This document shows positions 19,601 to 25,942 of a stretch of DNA of 64,000 nt, piece after piece. The position numbers and the translations under genes are program-made. The stretch is from Candidatus Latescibacterota bacterium (GTDB lineage: Bacteria > Latescibacterota > UBA2968). Under the pieces are notes generated by a model. The model saw only the letters and a program-made list of their open reading frames with translations, did no database searches and had not been told where the DNA came from. The stretch lies in contig OZ242195.1 in assembly GCA_965205975.1 (NCBI GenBank), forward strand, positions 1,408,001 to 1,472,000, in the 5' to 3' direction. The number at the start of each line of letters is the position of its first letter. The first letter of the stretch is position 1.

Positions 19601-22219
19601 GATGAGACATTGACACTCGGTTTTGGCACATTGCCCAATGGGGTCAGCCCGGGGGAAAATGCCTCTGCAATGGTGACCCTGGTCGATAACGACGACCCAG
19701 AGGTGCGTGTGTCCTTTGACGCGGCGAACTACATTGCAGAGGAGGGGGGGCAAGCGGCAAAGGTAAGCGTGCGTTTGAGCGCGGATCCCGAGCGCACGGT
19801 GACTATTCCACTGATGGCGGTGGAGGGCAATGGTGCCACACAGGACGATTGCACTGGGATACCAAAAAGTGTGGTCTTTGAGAGCGGTGAGATGGAGAAA
19901 CAGTTTGAAATCATAGCTGTAGATGATAATGCAGATGATGACGGCGAGACTATGATGCTCGGCTTTGGCATTGAGACCCCGGTGTTCGGATTTGGCACAT
20001 TGCCCAATGGGGTCCGTGTAGGCAGACAATCTACAGCTATGATCACGCTAATCGACAATGACACACGTGGGGTATCGGTGTCTGTAACAGAGTTGGCCGT
20101 TCCCGAAGGAGAGGCCCATAGCTACACGGTGGTGCTGCACAGCGCACCGATTGGTACGGTGACAATTGATGTGGCTGGAATGACGGATACAGATGTATCA
20201 GTAGATCGGACGCAGTTGGTGTTCACAGCAGAGAACTGGGATACGCCGCAGGTTGTTGTGGTCCATGCTCAAAACGACGACGATGCGGTATTAGACCAGG
20301 TGATGCTCAGCCATGCAACAAGCGGAGGAGATTATGGCGAGGTAGTGGTGGCGTCTGTTGCGGTGACAGTCATTGAAGATGATATGCCCGTGCTGACTAT
20401 CGCTGATCAGGCGGTTGTCGAACACGCTGAGGAGATGATATTTACAGTTGTACTGGATATCCCGAGCAGCGAAGAAGTCATCGTGCAATATGCAACGATT
20501 AATGGCACGGCAGAAGCGGGCACAGACTATATGACAACACAAGGCACCTTGCGCTTTGTTGCCTTACAGACCAGCGGTGCGATTGTCGTGCCGATTATCG
20601 ACGATGATATAGATGAGAACAATGAAGCCTTCACTGTCGTGCTGATTGAGCCGATGCATGCGACCTTGCACGAAGGTGAAGGGCGTGCGACAGGCACAAT
20701 TGAGGATGATGATGCCGCTGTGCAAGCACTGAAAATTTTCCTATCTGGTGTGGGTCGGATGGTAGCGACAGATGCGGTTGATGTTATCAGTCGGCGATTT
20801 AATCAGCGCAGGGGCATTCAGCCCTTGTTTACCATGGGAGGACAACCGCTGATATTGCCTGACAGGACGCACAGTGAGCAGTGGCAGTCTATTATGCAGT
20901 TGGCACGCAATCTGGCAGCGGCACTGGGTGTAGATACCTCAATGCCATTTGGAGCACAGATACCTCACTCCCAAAGCCTGGGTGTGAGAATGTCTCAGCC
21001 GCAGGATGTGCTGATGTCTGGTGTTTTTTCTCCCGTGCGTTTTCGCCAGATCACGGCCTGGGATGTGCTGGCACTCAGTGCGATTGAGATGCCACTTAAC
21101 CCAGGAGATGAGAGCGGCCTGTGGACCTTGTGGGGCAGGGGCGCAGTAAGCGGGTTCTCTGGCCTACCGAGTACCATACGCAGGATGGAGGCCGAGGGCT
21201 TCAGCGGCTATCTCGGCGTTGATTACCAGTTGCGTACGGATGTGTTGTTGGGGCTGGCTCTCATGCATACTACAGGGGACTTGAACTATAAAAATGAGAG
21301 GAATCACGGGAGTACACTCATCCCTATCGACTTTGGTATAACCAGTATATTGCCTTACGCCCACTATCAAACCCACTCCGGGTTGGGTTTGTGGGGACTA
21401 TTTGGCATGGGGGGTGGAAGCGTGGATATGAAAGACGCAGATGGGAACCTCAACACGGGTCTATATTTGCTTTTGGGTGCCGCGGGAGGTCGGCAAGACC
21501 TGACCTCCTGGCGGGATATTGATCTGGCAGTAAAAACAGATGCCTTCTATATATCGCTAGAATCGGAAGCAAGCACCCGGTTGCCAGAAGTGCGCGAGGT
21601 GACTGAGCGCGTGCGTTTATTGATTGAAGGGCGTAGCAGGATAGTGCTTGGGACAGCATCGCGATTGAACCAGAGTTTGGAAATCGGTGGACGATGGGAC
21701 AGGGGGCTTGTTGAAAATGGTGCAGGACTTGATCTGGGGGGCGGCATCGAATACGCGCACACAGCTCTTGGACTGGGCCTATTGGCGCGCGGGCGATACT
21801 TGCTGGCGCATGAACAGGCAGGCTATGATGAATGGGGAGCCAGTCTGATGCTGCGCGTCAATCCAGGTTATGGCAAAAGCGGGATGGTACTGTCAGTATC
21901 ACCGGTTTGGGGAATGCCAAAGAGCGGTGCCGAGGTACTGTGGGACAATGCGCTGAGGTCGGGAAATCCCACCCCGGGTATAAGACCAGACCGTTTCGAA
22001 GTCGATTTTGGGTACCAACTACTGATGCGTGCCGGTGATGGATTGGTGACGCCCTTTGGTGGGTGGTCAACTGGCGGTCAGGGCTATCAGAGCTATCGCA
22101 TAGGCGGTCAGATAAAAGTGGGCAAGCGCGTGGATGTCAACATGGAAGGTGCACGCGAAGCGCAGGGTCAAGGCATCGCGACTTATAGAGTCAGGTTTTT
22201 TGGACGACTGTTTTGGTAA
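4679..22219 (+). CDS. Giant (5,846 aa) Calx-beta-like repeat surface protein with C-terminal autotransporter-type beta-barrel
   Basis: Signal peptide (likely start ATG 4709, MKINNTIILAAMMMLILVPDRALG|Q); about 45-50 acidic 100-120 aa modules ending TxxDDD/DND; C-terminus has WTLWGRG, amphipathic strands and terminal YRVRFFGRLFW. Confidence 0.9.
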   Translation: MHNSMNINNTMKINNTIILAAMMMLILVPDRALGQPTVSITASETSVTEGDEFSLNILKPLNAESITVYVEITVQGDFVDDLPSNTTVTANILEGQSAFMLTYQTDDDDLAEDDGSITATIIANSAYTINPNNSSVTVTISNNDTPTIRLEKTYATNRQFGKDEFPLYEGNWIAFEFSRNTLGVNDEGRRLLVSLNITYLDGNTESQYIIFQPDSRSRSFYVKLTEDNTIRDATARDYIRLQFFQPELTEGYSLEPSNGIVDVKIQDDDVVVSISPEDSELTTVTEGETSTYTIIPSLDGQVTHPLTVKWQATSGGERLRATEGTFEFQTNNQNPPQIVLSLLDDAILKDHSTVTVEIVEETEEARRGYRTGTSSSVSFQVRDDDLPVVQILGLGQYPAGPVPEGGPYRLRFIRAANPITDPLTVYVSVTGGESFYPQPRTAYIIGSDEEQADYVILIEEDDVDEPDGEITITIQPNENYEIHRNNKTVTFTINDNDTRGVVVTPTSLAMDEGEDATYTVVLESEPTADVTVTVTASGDATVNPASLTFTALNWNQVQTVTVSAPEDADTKDGSATISHTVAGGDYDGETADDVAVMVTDNDKPIVTIEAVPDPPQKFEGQSVEYRLRRSRNTSEPLTVAISISEDGKVLDNRYERTWDVVFEAGQETLTFRLLTTNDDDDESASTVSAEILEREEYAVGTPNSAEILVIGQDLILIYSLVEPEPVVEGGTLRIEVTAVTKVDVMPTRHYVASIVSRSRTAKSGRDYRPVSEHLIFRHTDFTAVTINGEQRYQSTVYLDTEIFEDNYAEDSEIFILILHLAPDLEHEIDRAEVTVTITDNDPEPELAVEVSPAEIAEDEGKAGVIVSITNGSLYTERRTFTLELGGTATKGTDYRVESEHLELPEGESQVGTILTTVDDAIGEGNEIIEVQVRHDGNVVDELRRVTIVDDDDRRVEIRPTQLAVREGESGTYTVVLESEPTADVTVTVTASGDATVNPASLTFTALNWDQVQTVTVTTDHDIDAQDESATIRHTVTSSGSYSGVTADDVTVTVTDDEAASTEIALRVSPASIPEGDGQVVTVTATLNHAALTSAATVTVSVAAGTATSADFGAVNNFTVTIPANMPSGTGTFTLTPVNDDLDEDDETVTVSGTTTTAGLTVNGTTVTITDDDTRGVEISPTSLTIAEGGSGTYTLVLESQPTAEVRVVVGGRRGEISLGGSPLTFTTDNWHIAQTVTVNAGQDDDAVNDAATLINVVSSSGDYNGVTTDDVAVIVTDDDTRGVEISPTSLTIAEGGSGTYTVVLESQPTDAVTVTVGGASGDVSVSGSPLTFTTGNWNIAQTVTVNAGQDDDAVNDAVTLRNTVSSGGGYDGETADDVMVRVTDDEKGAEPGISLSVAPEIVSEDGGGQTINVIATFSLPTTRDGRTVGQRNTPEEVVRVRVTAGTATSADFNAVSSFDITIPSGMTSGRGSFRLMPVDDEIDETNETIIVRGTSSITNLIVRQANVTITDNDERGIDVTPTSLTIAEGESKTYTLVLKSQPTDAVRVVVGGAFGEIRVRGSPLTFTTDNWHIAQTVTVDAGQDNDAVNDVATLINVVSSSGDYGGEIADNVTVTVEDDDIASTEIALGVSPASFAEGDGDQTVTVTATLNHAALKSDAPVTVSVAAGTASDTDFGAVSDFVVIIPAGMTSGTETFTLSPVDDDVDEPDETLTVSGTTTGLRVTTTTVTIEDDDLPLVSFVSDSQDPFTEGETIDLTLRRNGDISVPLTVSVNVTEAPIALRFMTDVLSSSDEGERDILFSAGTSTASFSLPTTDDNVHEAPSRVTVEIQSGSDYSPGDPQTREFRVNDNDLVLIYSMQQDVSFDEDAGTVEIEITAITDQNTMPNFSYPMRFEHRDQTARAARDYRPVNDLKTFPHDEYMAVEIGGETRYSLTKQFDVTITDDDLAEETETFQVIMRPVFFVEDEQLDLSLDRRETTITIIDNDTRGVEVRPTSLEVEEGKSRTYDVVLQSQPTDAVTVTVGGASGEIRVRGSPLIFDDFWSIAQTVTVIAGQDDDAVNDTATLTHTVSGGDYGSVIVDAVTVTVTDDDERGVEISPTSLAIREGGSGTYTAVLQSQPTAAVTVTVGGASGDVSVRGSPLTFTTGNWHIAQAVTVSAAQDVDAVNDVATLSNTVTSGGDYNGETADDVMVTVTDDGISSTEVALRVSPSSVSEGGGGQTVTVTATLNHAVLTSAATVTVRVATGTATSADFGAVNNFTVTIPANMPSGTGTFTLTPINDDLDENDETVTVSGTTAGLTVNGTTVTITDDDTRGVEISPTSLTIAEGGSGTYTLVLESQPTAEVRVVVGGRRGEISLGGSPLTFATDNWNIAQTVTVNAGQDADAVNDAATLINVVSSSGDYNGVTTDDVSVTVADDETASTEIALRVSPSSVSEGGGGQVVTVTATLNHAALTSAATVTVRVAAGTAADTDFDAVSDFEVTIPEDATSGTETFTLTPVNDDLDEDDETVTVSGTTTTGLTVNGTTVTITDDDTRGVEISPTSLTIAEGGSGTYTVVLESQPTAAVTVTVGGASGDVSVRGSPLTFATDNWNIAQTVTVNTRQDDGTENESVMLSNTVTSGGDYNGETAEDVAVTVTDADERGVEISPTSLTVREGESETYTVVLESQPTAAVTVTVGGASGDVSVRGSPITFTTGNWNIAQTVTVSAAQDGDAVNDAATLSNTVTSGGDYNGETADDVTVTVTDDETASTAIALRVSPSSVSEGGGGQVVTVTATLNHAPLISAATVTVSVAAGTATSADFGAVNNFEVTIPANMPSGTGTFTLTPINDDLDENDETVTVSGTTTATGLTVNGTPVTITDDDTREVAIMPTYLTLREGNSGTYAVVLESQPTAAVTVTVGGASGEVSVRGSPLIFATDNWNIAQTVTVSAAQDDDAVNDAAALSNTVTSGGDYNGETAENVVVVVTDDDKRSVAISPPFFTVPKGVIIPEGENETYLIVQEGESETYTVVLESQPTAAVTVTVGGASGDVSVSGSPVIFTTGNWNVAQTVTVSAGQDDDAENDYATLRNTVTSGGDYNSEIPEAVVVIVIDDDTRGVAISPTSVMVQEGESETYTVVLESQPTDAVTVAVTGSGDVSGSPARLTFSTSNWGDAQTVTVSAAQDADAENEDATLSNTVTSGGDYNGETAEDVTVTVTDDETASTEIALRVSPASIPEGDGQVVTVTATLNHAVLTSAATVTVSVAAGTATENTDFGAVSNFMVIIPKGAAKNTGSFTLTSISDDFDEADETVTVSGTTTATGLTVNGTNVTITDDDTRGVTISPTSLTIAEGESETYTVVLESQPTAAVTVTVGRTSGDVSVSGSPLTFATGNWNIAQTVTVSAAQDADAENEDATLSNTVTSGGDYNGETAEDVTVTVTDDETASTEIALSVSPASIPEGDGQVVTVTATLNHAVLTSAATVTVSVAAGTATSADFGAVNNFTVTIPANMPSGTGTFTLTPVNDDLDENDETVTVSGTTAGLTVNGTTVTITDDDTRGVEIDPTSLTVREGESETYAVVLESQPTAAVTVTVGGASGDVSVRGSPITFTTGNWNIAQTVTVSAAQDGDAVNDAATLSNTVTSGGDYNGETADDVTVTVTDDETASTEIALRVSPSSVSEGGGGQTVTVTATLNHAVLTSAATVTVSVATGTATSADFGAVSDFEVTIPTGVPRGTGTFTLTPVSDDLDETDETVTVSGTTTTAGLTVNGTTVTITDDDTRGVEIDPTSLTVREGESETYAVVLESQPTAAVTVTVGGASGDVSVSGSPITFATGNWNIAQTVTVSAAQDGDAVNDAATLSNTVTSGGDYNGETADDVTVTVTDDETASTAIALRVSPSSVSEGGGGQVVTVTATLNHAPLISAATVTVSVAAGTATSADFGAVNNFAVTIPANMPSGTGTFTLTPINDDLDENDETVTVSGTTTTTGLTVNGTTVTITDDDTRGVEISPTSLTIAEGESGTYTVVLESQPTAAVTVTVGGASDDVSVRGSPLIFATGNWNIAQTVTVNAGQDADAVNDPAVTITHTVTSGGDYNGETADDVTVTVTDDDTASSEITLGVAPISVTEGGGGQTVTVTAALNHAALIPAATVTVSVAAGTATNADFGAVSDFEVTIPAGVLRGTGTFTLTPVSDDLDETDETVTVSGTTTAGLTVNGTTVTIADDDTRGVTLIPTTLTIDEGQTGLYTVVLASQPTDNVMVTTSVPSGTDVSVEPTALRFTPDDWDGVQTVMVSAGQDNDAINDPAVTITHTVSGGDYNSVSADAVTVTIRDLIAQTAPPPTPPPSGDGSGGDTTVQDIMVSFAANSYEAIEGSSVRVSVRLDRVPQQEMNIPLTVTQDNGATKADYSGVPERVIFGSNETEKSFEVTAVDDDIDDDNETVTLGFGALPNGISVGKQATAVVYLADDDTRGVLVRPIALNVPEGGDKTYTIALTSQPTAEVTVTVTAPSDSEVSVDKSVLQFTTATWNTAQTVTVSADEDDDTINDPTAMLTHVVSGGDYQEMVADAVRVTIIENDIPTLTIENQRGRENIGYMVFALRLSTGSSKDVTVAYATSSGTATEGIDYEAKLGTVTFAASETVKMISVSIIDDVYDEAEKETFKVMLSNVQNAVLGNSEAIGTIEDNDYPRVRVFFGEDNYTVNEGGHTAKVRVRLSVNPERTVTIPLVAMLNNGASETDYFGIPEHISFANGVTEKSFEVTAVDDDIDDDGETVTLGFGTLPNGVSPGKNASAIVTLVDNDDPEVNVSFDAANYEATEGESETVMVRLSAIPERTVEISLTTTLGNGATKADYSGVPERVIFGSHETEKSFEVAAVDDDIDDDDETLTLGFGTLPNGVSPGENASAMVTLVDNDDPEVNVSFDAANYEATEGGSVAMVRVYLSADPERTVNIPLMAMPNNGASDMDYSGIPERVIFASGETEKSFEVAAVDDDIDDDDETLTLGFGTLPNGVSPGENASAMVTLVDNDDPEVRVSFDAANYIAEEGGQAAKVSVRLSADPERTVTIPLMAVEGNGATQDDCTGIPKSVVFESGEMEKQFEIIAVDDNADDDGETMMLGFGIETPVFGFGTLPNGVRVGRQSTAMITLIDNDTRGVSVSVTELAVPEGEAHSYTVVLHSAPIGTVTIDVAGMTDTDVSVDRTQLVFTAENWDTPQVVVVHAQNDDDAVLDQVMLSHATSGGDYGEVVVASVAVTVIEDDMPVLTIADQAVVEHAEEMIFTVVLDIPSSEEVIVQYATINGTAEAGTDYMTTQGTLRFVALQTSGAIVVPIIDDDIDENNEAFTVVLIEPMHATLHEGEGRATGTIEDDDAAVQALKIFLSGVGRMVATDAVDVISRRFNQRRGIQPLFTMGGQPLILPDRTHSEQWQSIMQLARNLAAALGVDTSMPFGAQIPHSQSLGVRMSQPQDVLMSGVFSPVRFRQITAWDVLALSAIEMPLNPGDESGLWTLWGRGAVSGFSGLPSTIRRMEAEGFSGYLGVDYQLRTDVLLGLALMHTTGDLNYKNERNHGSTLIPIDFGITSILPYAHYQTHSGLGLWGLFGMGGGSVDMKDADGNLNTGLYLLLGAAGGRQDLTSWRDIDLAVKTDAFYISLESEASTRLPEVREVTERVRLLIEGRSRIVLGTASRLNQSLEIGGRWDRGLVENGAGLDLGGGIEYAHTALGLGLLARGRYLLAHEQAGYDEWGASLMLRVNPGYGKSGMVLSVSPVWGMPKSGAEVLWDNALRSGNPTPGIRPDRFEVDFGYQLLMRAGDGLVTPFGGWSTGGQGYQSYRIGGQIKVGKRVDVNMEGAREAQGQGIATYRVRFFGRLFW
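6172..17610 (+). repeat. Intragenic array of module A (RGVEISPTSL..EG..TYTVVLESQPT) and module B (STEIALRVSP..TATLNHA); A+B period about 663-672 bp in 14.3-17.3 kb
   Basis: About 18 A and 11 B copies counted in the translation of this span; many near-identical at DNA level. Confidence 0.9.
17690..20060 (+). repeat. Five copies of module D (VSFDAANYEATEG...ETEKSFEVAAVDDDIDDD.ET.TLGFGTLPNGV), interspersed with one A and one canonical Calx-beta module
   Basis: Copies begin near 17690, 18673, 19015, 19352 and 19695. Confidence 0.85.
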
Positions 22220-22242
22220 CCTCGTAAAGAACGGAATACGGT

Positions 22243-22274
22243 AAGAAGGCACTTATCCAGGTGCCTTCTTTTTT
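22243..22274. terminator. Intrinsic terminator between convergent genes
   Basis: AAGAAGGCAC-N8-GTGCCTTCTT followed by a T-run. Confidence 0.85.
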
Positions 22275-22275
22275 A

Positions 22276-24564
22276 TTATAGATCGAGTTCTATTCTTTTT
22301 GTTTGTGGTGACAGGCATCGCGTGCTGTCGCATGCTTGATATGTGAGTATTAGCGAGAGGGTTTGCGGTCGGGTTTTGAATGACAGAGTAAGGGGTATAG
22401 TGAGGCTGTCTGTATAAACGGCAATGGCGCGCTCCGCAAAGGGAAACTGTAAATCCTCGGCTGGGGGATAGTCGATTTGGGTGATTTTGGCAGTGTCTGT
22501 GTCCAGTGAGAGGCGGGTGGGGATCAAATAATCGTCGGTGGGATTGGATGCTTGAATATGCCAGCCCGAAACGATATTCAGGCGCACGTTCACCTTGAGG
22601 GTATTCGCGCTATCAGAGGGCAACGCCGTTGCAGACGCAGTGACGAGACTATCGGGTGCAAGCATTGCGATGGGAGAGGATGCCATCATTGTGCCGTGGA
22701 TAAAGTGCAGGAGTGCGCCCGGCGTATTCTCTGCGAGGGGGGCAAAGCTGTTGGTGAGTGCGAGCGCGCGTTGGGCATACAGGGGGTTTTGTGTCAATGT
22801 CCGAAGTTCCCATAAACCGTGCAGGGCAACGGCATTGCCAGAGGGCAAGGCGCTGTCGTAAAAACTCACGGTACGCACAATCATCTCATTTTGATTCCGC
22901 GTGAGAAAATATCCGCCATTCAGGGTATCCCAAAATGCAGTGTGCATCCGTTCTGAAAGCGATAGAGCGTCCTGGAGATAGTGGGCAGAATGCGTTGCGC
23001 GATAGAGGTGGAGGAGGCCGTCGATTAAAAAGGCGTAATCTTCCTGATAGGCTTCGCCTTTGCGCTGCCCTTCGCGGTAGATGCGATACAGGTCGCCATC
23101 CGCATCGCGAAGGTTGTTGCGGATAAAATCGGCGGCTTTTTGTGCGGTTATCAGATACTCGGGCCGGGCGAGAACTTCGTAGGCGCGGGCATATGCGCCG
23201 ATCATAAGACCATTCCACGCTGTGATAATTTTGTCGTCGAGGAGGGGGCGGATGCGTTGGCTACGCGCGTCCAGGAGTTTTTCTTTAAGTGGAGATAGCC
23301 GCGCGTGCAGGGTTGTGGTGTCGATTTGATGGCGAACCGATAGCGCGCTGTCTGTATCGACTTTGTAAATGACGCCGGTTGAGCCTTCAGGCATGGGCGC
23401 GAGCGCGTAACACGATAGGAAGAAGTCGGCATCTTTTTTTAAGGACTGACGAATGTCCTGCTCTGTCCAGGTATAATACGCGCCTTCTTCTGCTTCGGTT
23501 TCTGCGTCGAGAGCGGAGTAAAATCCGCCTTTGGAATCTGTCATTTCGCGCGAAACAAAGTCCAGAATTTCCTCTGCTGCAATGCGATAGGCCGTTTTAT
23601 TGGCAATCTGGTAAGCACGGAGAAAGTTGTGGGTGAGGAGGGCCTGATTGTAGAGCATTTTTTCAAAGTGCGGCACGCGCCATTGTGCATCTGTTGCATA
23701 GCGATGAAAACCGCCGCCGAGATGATCGCGGATACCGCCCAGTGCCATGTGATCCAGTGTTTGCTCGACTATATCGAGGTATTTTTTTTGAGGATTTTGT
23801 CGATAGGCCGTCAGCAACAGGTTGAGCGCGTGATCGGGTGGAAATTTCGGGGCTGTGCCCAAACCGCCGTTGATGGGGTCAAACCGTTTTTCTATGTGGT
23901 CAATCGCCTTGCCAAGCAGGTCTTCTTCCGTTTTTTCTGAAACGGTTTGTATCGTGTGCCTGCGCGCGATAGATTGTGATATTTGATCGGCCTGTTTTTC
24001 GAGTTCCTTTCTCTTTTCCTGCCATGCCACATGCAGCGCTTGAATCACGCGCGAGAAGCCCGGACGCCCATGTGAATCTTCGGGAGGAAAGTACGTGCCG
24101 GCAAAAAAGGGTTTGAGATCTGGCGTGAGAAAAACAGAGTTGGGCCATCCGCCGTGCCCGGTCATGATCTGGGTGGCCGTCATGTAAATTTCGTCGATGT
24201 CGGGACGTTCTTCGCGGTCAACTTTGATATTGACAAAAAACTGATTCATCAAGTGGGCAATATCCGGATCAGAAAAGACCAGACGCTCCATGACATGGCA
24301 CCAATAGCAACTCGAATATCCCACGGATAGAAAGATCGGTTTGTCCTCGCGGCGCGCTTTTGCGAGTGCTTCTTCTCCCCAGGGATACCAGTCAACGGGA
24401 TTGTGGGCGTGGAGGCGCAAATAAGGGCTGAGTTCTCCGCTGAGGCGATTTTGCGCAGGGGAGGGGACAGGAGGATTTTTTGAAGAATAAACACCCCACC
24501 AATAACCCGCAGCAATGGCGAGAAGAATGATGGGAATGAATAGGAGGCGTTTGGCGATTGCCAT
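22276..24564 (-). CDS. YyaL/SSP411 (DUF255) thioredoxin-domain protein fused to a C-terminal DsbD-N-like domain
   Basis: [48 protein letters not shown]-terminal GWHIQ...[11 protein letters not shown]-terminal membrane anchor. Confidence 0.9.
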   Translation of the reverse strand: MAIAKRLLFIPIILLAIAAGYWWGVYSSKNPPVPSPAQNRLSGELSPYLRLHAHNPVDWYPWGEEALAKARREDKPIFLSVGYSSCYWCHVMERLVFSDPDIAHLMNQFFVNIKVDREERPDIDEIYMTATQIMTGHGGWPNSVFLTPDLKPFFAGTYFPPEDSHGRPGFSRVIQALHVAWQEKRKELEKQADQISQSIARRHTIQTVSEKTEEDLLGKAIDHIEKRFDPINGGLGTAPKFPPDHALNLLLTAYRQNPQKKYLDIVEQTLDHMALGGIRDHLGGGFHRYATDAQWRVPHFEKMLYNQALLTHNFLRAYQIANKTAYRIAAEEILDFVSREMTDSKGGFYSALDAETEAEEGAYYTWTEQDIRQSLKKDADFFLSCYALAPMPEGSTGVIYKVDTDSALSVRHQIDTTTLHARLSPLKEKLLDARSQRIRPLLDDKIITAWNGLMIGAYARAYEVLARPEYLITAQKAADFIRNNLRDADGDLYRIYREGQRKGEAYQEDYAFLIDGLLHLYRATHSAHYLQDALSLSERMHTAFWDTLNGGYFLTRNQNEMIVRTVSFYDSALPSGNAVALHGLWELRTLTQNPLYAQRALALTNSFAPLAENTPGALLHFIHGTMMASSPIAMLAPDSLVTASATALPSDSANTLKVNVRLNIVSGWHIQASNPTDDYLIPTRLSLDTDTAKITQIDYPPAEDLQFPFAERAIAVYTDSLTIPLTLSFKTRPQTLSLILTYQACDSTRCLSPQTKRIELDL

Positions 24565-24576
24565 GTCATCAGTCCC

Positions 24577-25809
24577 TCAAGCTGCAAACGCGCGTTTGAC
24601 TTTGGCGACGGCTGTTAAAATATCGTCCATATCTTCCTGTTCGCCCAGCAGCATATTTTGCAAGAACCAGACACTGGAGGCGCATATTGCTTCCACATGC
24701 GGACACGGCAAACGGCGAATCAGGTGTGGATGTCGGTCCATCGCGGTTTTGAGGCCGCCTTCATCTGTTAAGGGCCGCTGATAGCCAGGTGTGCAGGAAA
24801 TGCCTTCAGCCTGCAAGGCCACAATAAATTCACCGCGTGTTTTTCCGCCGAACGCCTCGCTATTGTAGCGCATCATATACAGGTGATAGCCGTGCTGCGT
24901 GACCCAGGGATGCCATCGCGGCGGTTCTAATCCGCCAATTTCGTCCAGGCCCTTGCTGAGATAAGCCGCATTTTTATTGCGCAAATCGATTTGTGTTTCG
25001 AGTTTTGGCAGCCGTTTTAACAGGATACCTGCCAGATACTCAGAGGTGCGATAATTCCAACCCAGGCGGGGATATTCCCATCGCTCGCCACCCGGGCGTC
25101 GCCCCACATCTCGGAATGCCCAGGCCCGGTCTCTGAGGTCTCGATCATTGGTGAGAAGACATCCGCCTTCGCCCGAGGTCAGATTTTTGCTCGACTGAAA
25201 GCTGAATGCGCCCACATGGCCCAGAGAACCCACTTTGCGGCCTTTGTGCTCGGCGCCGTGCGCTTGAGCGCAGTCTTCGATGACTTTGAGGTTGTGCTTG
25301 CTCGCAATGTCATTGAGCGCATCCATATCGGCCGGGTGTCCGCCCAGGTGAACGGGAAGGAGTGCAACAGTCTGATCTGTGATAGCGGCTTCGGTCGCTT
25401 CGGGCGACATAGTGAAACTCACCGGGTCGATATCGACAAGGGCCAGAGAGCACCTCACCGAGAGGGGCGCGCTTGCAGTGGCAATAAAGGTGTAATTGGG
25501 AATAATGACTTCTCCGCCATCAACCATACCATCGAGGTCGAGCGCGGCGGATAATCCAGCTGCTATAGATGTAGTTCCGCTGGGCATCATCACGCCATAA
25601 GCCGCATCGCAATAGGCGGCAAATGCCTGCCCAAAGCGGTGTCCCACAGGTGCTGGGAGACCTTCGGTTTGACCGAGATAGACTTCTTTGAGGATGGGGG
25701 CGATTTCTTCTTCCCATTCCCGTTCTGTGCTGTCTGGCCATGTCGGCCACGGCGATGCTTCGGTATCGCGCACGGGAACGCCACCGTCTATTGCGAGTGT
25801 TTCTGACAT
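24577..25809 (-). CDS. DegT/DnrJ/EryC1/StrS family PLP-dependent aminotransferase
   Basis: LAIDGGVPVR, TFIATA, IEDCAQAHGA, SFQSSKNLTSGEGG (PLP lysine), GWNYR. Confidence 0.92.
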   Translation of the reverse strand: MSETLAIDGGVPVRDTEASPWPTWPDSTEREWEEEIAPILKEVYLGQTEGLPAPVGHRFGQAFAAYCDAAYGVMMPSGTTSIAAGLSAALDLDGMVDGGEVIIPNYTFIATASAPLSVRCSLALVDIDPVSFTMSPEATEAAITDQTVALLPVHLGGHPADMDALNDIASKHNLKVIEDCAQAHGAEHKGRKVGSLGHVGAFSFQSSKNLTSGEGGCLLTNDRDLRDRAWAFRDVGRRPGGERWEYPRLGWNYRTSEYLAGILLKRLPKLETQIDLRNKNAAYLSKGLDEIGGLEPPRWHPWVTQHGYHLYMMRYNSEAFGGKTRGEFIVALQAEGISCTPGYQRPLTDEGGLKTAMDRHPHLIRRLPCPHVEAICASSVWFLQNMLLGEQEDMDDILTAVAKVKRAFAA

Positions 25810-25843
25810 ATAAAGCTCCTTGGTTGGTTGGAGACGACGCGCC

Positions 25844-25872
25844 TTGACCTGTAGTCAGACGGGATGTATATT
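25844..25872 (+). promoter_or_regulatory. Sigma-70-type promoter for the oxidoreductase-apt-tRNA unit
   Basis: TTGACC-17 bp-TATATT. Confidence 0.6.
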
Positions 25873-25890
25873 TAATTTGTATCCCAATTC

Positions 25891-25918
25891 AAGGTACGAT
25901 TTATAGACTGATTGTCAA
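25891..25918 (-). promoter_or_regulatory. Sigma-70-type promoter for the aminotransferase-yyaL unit
   Basis: Minus strand TTGACA-16 bp-TACCTT. Confidence 0.5.
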
Positions 25919-25942
25919 GTTATCAAGAGAGGATGATTGACG

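Noticed and set aside
6115..20064. Many recurring antisense ORFs (MMVTVVPFTVSP..., MPIARRKCQRR...)
   Set aside because: Shadow frames of the repetitive Thr/Val/Asp-rich giant gene; they recur with its period and lack independent signals.
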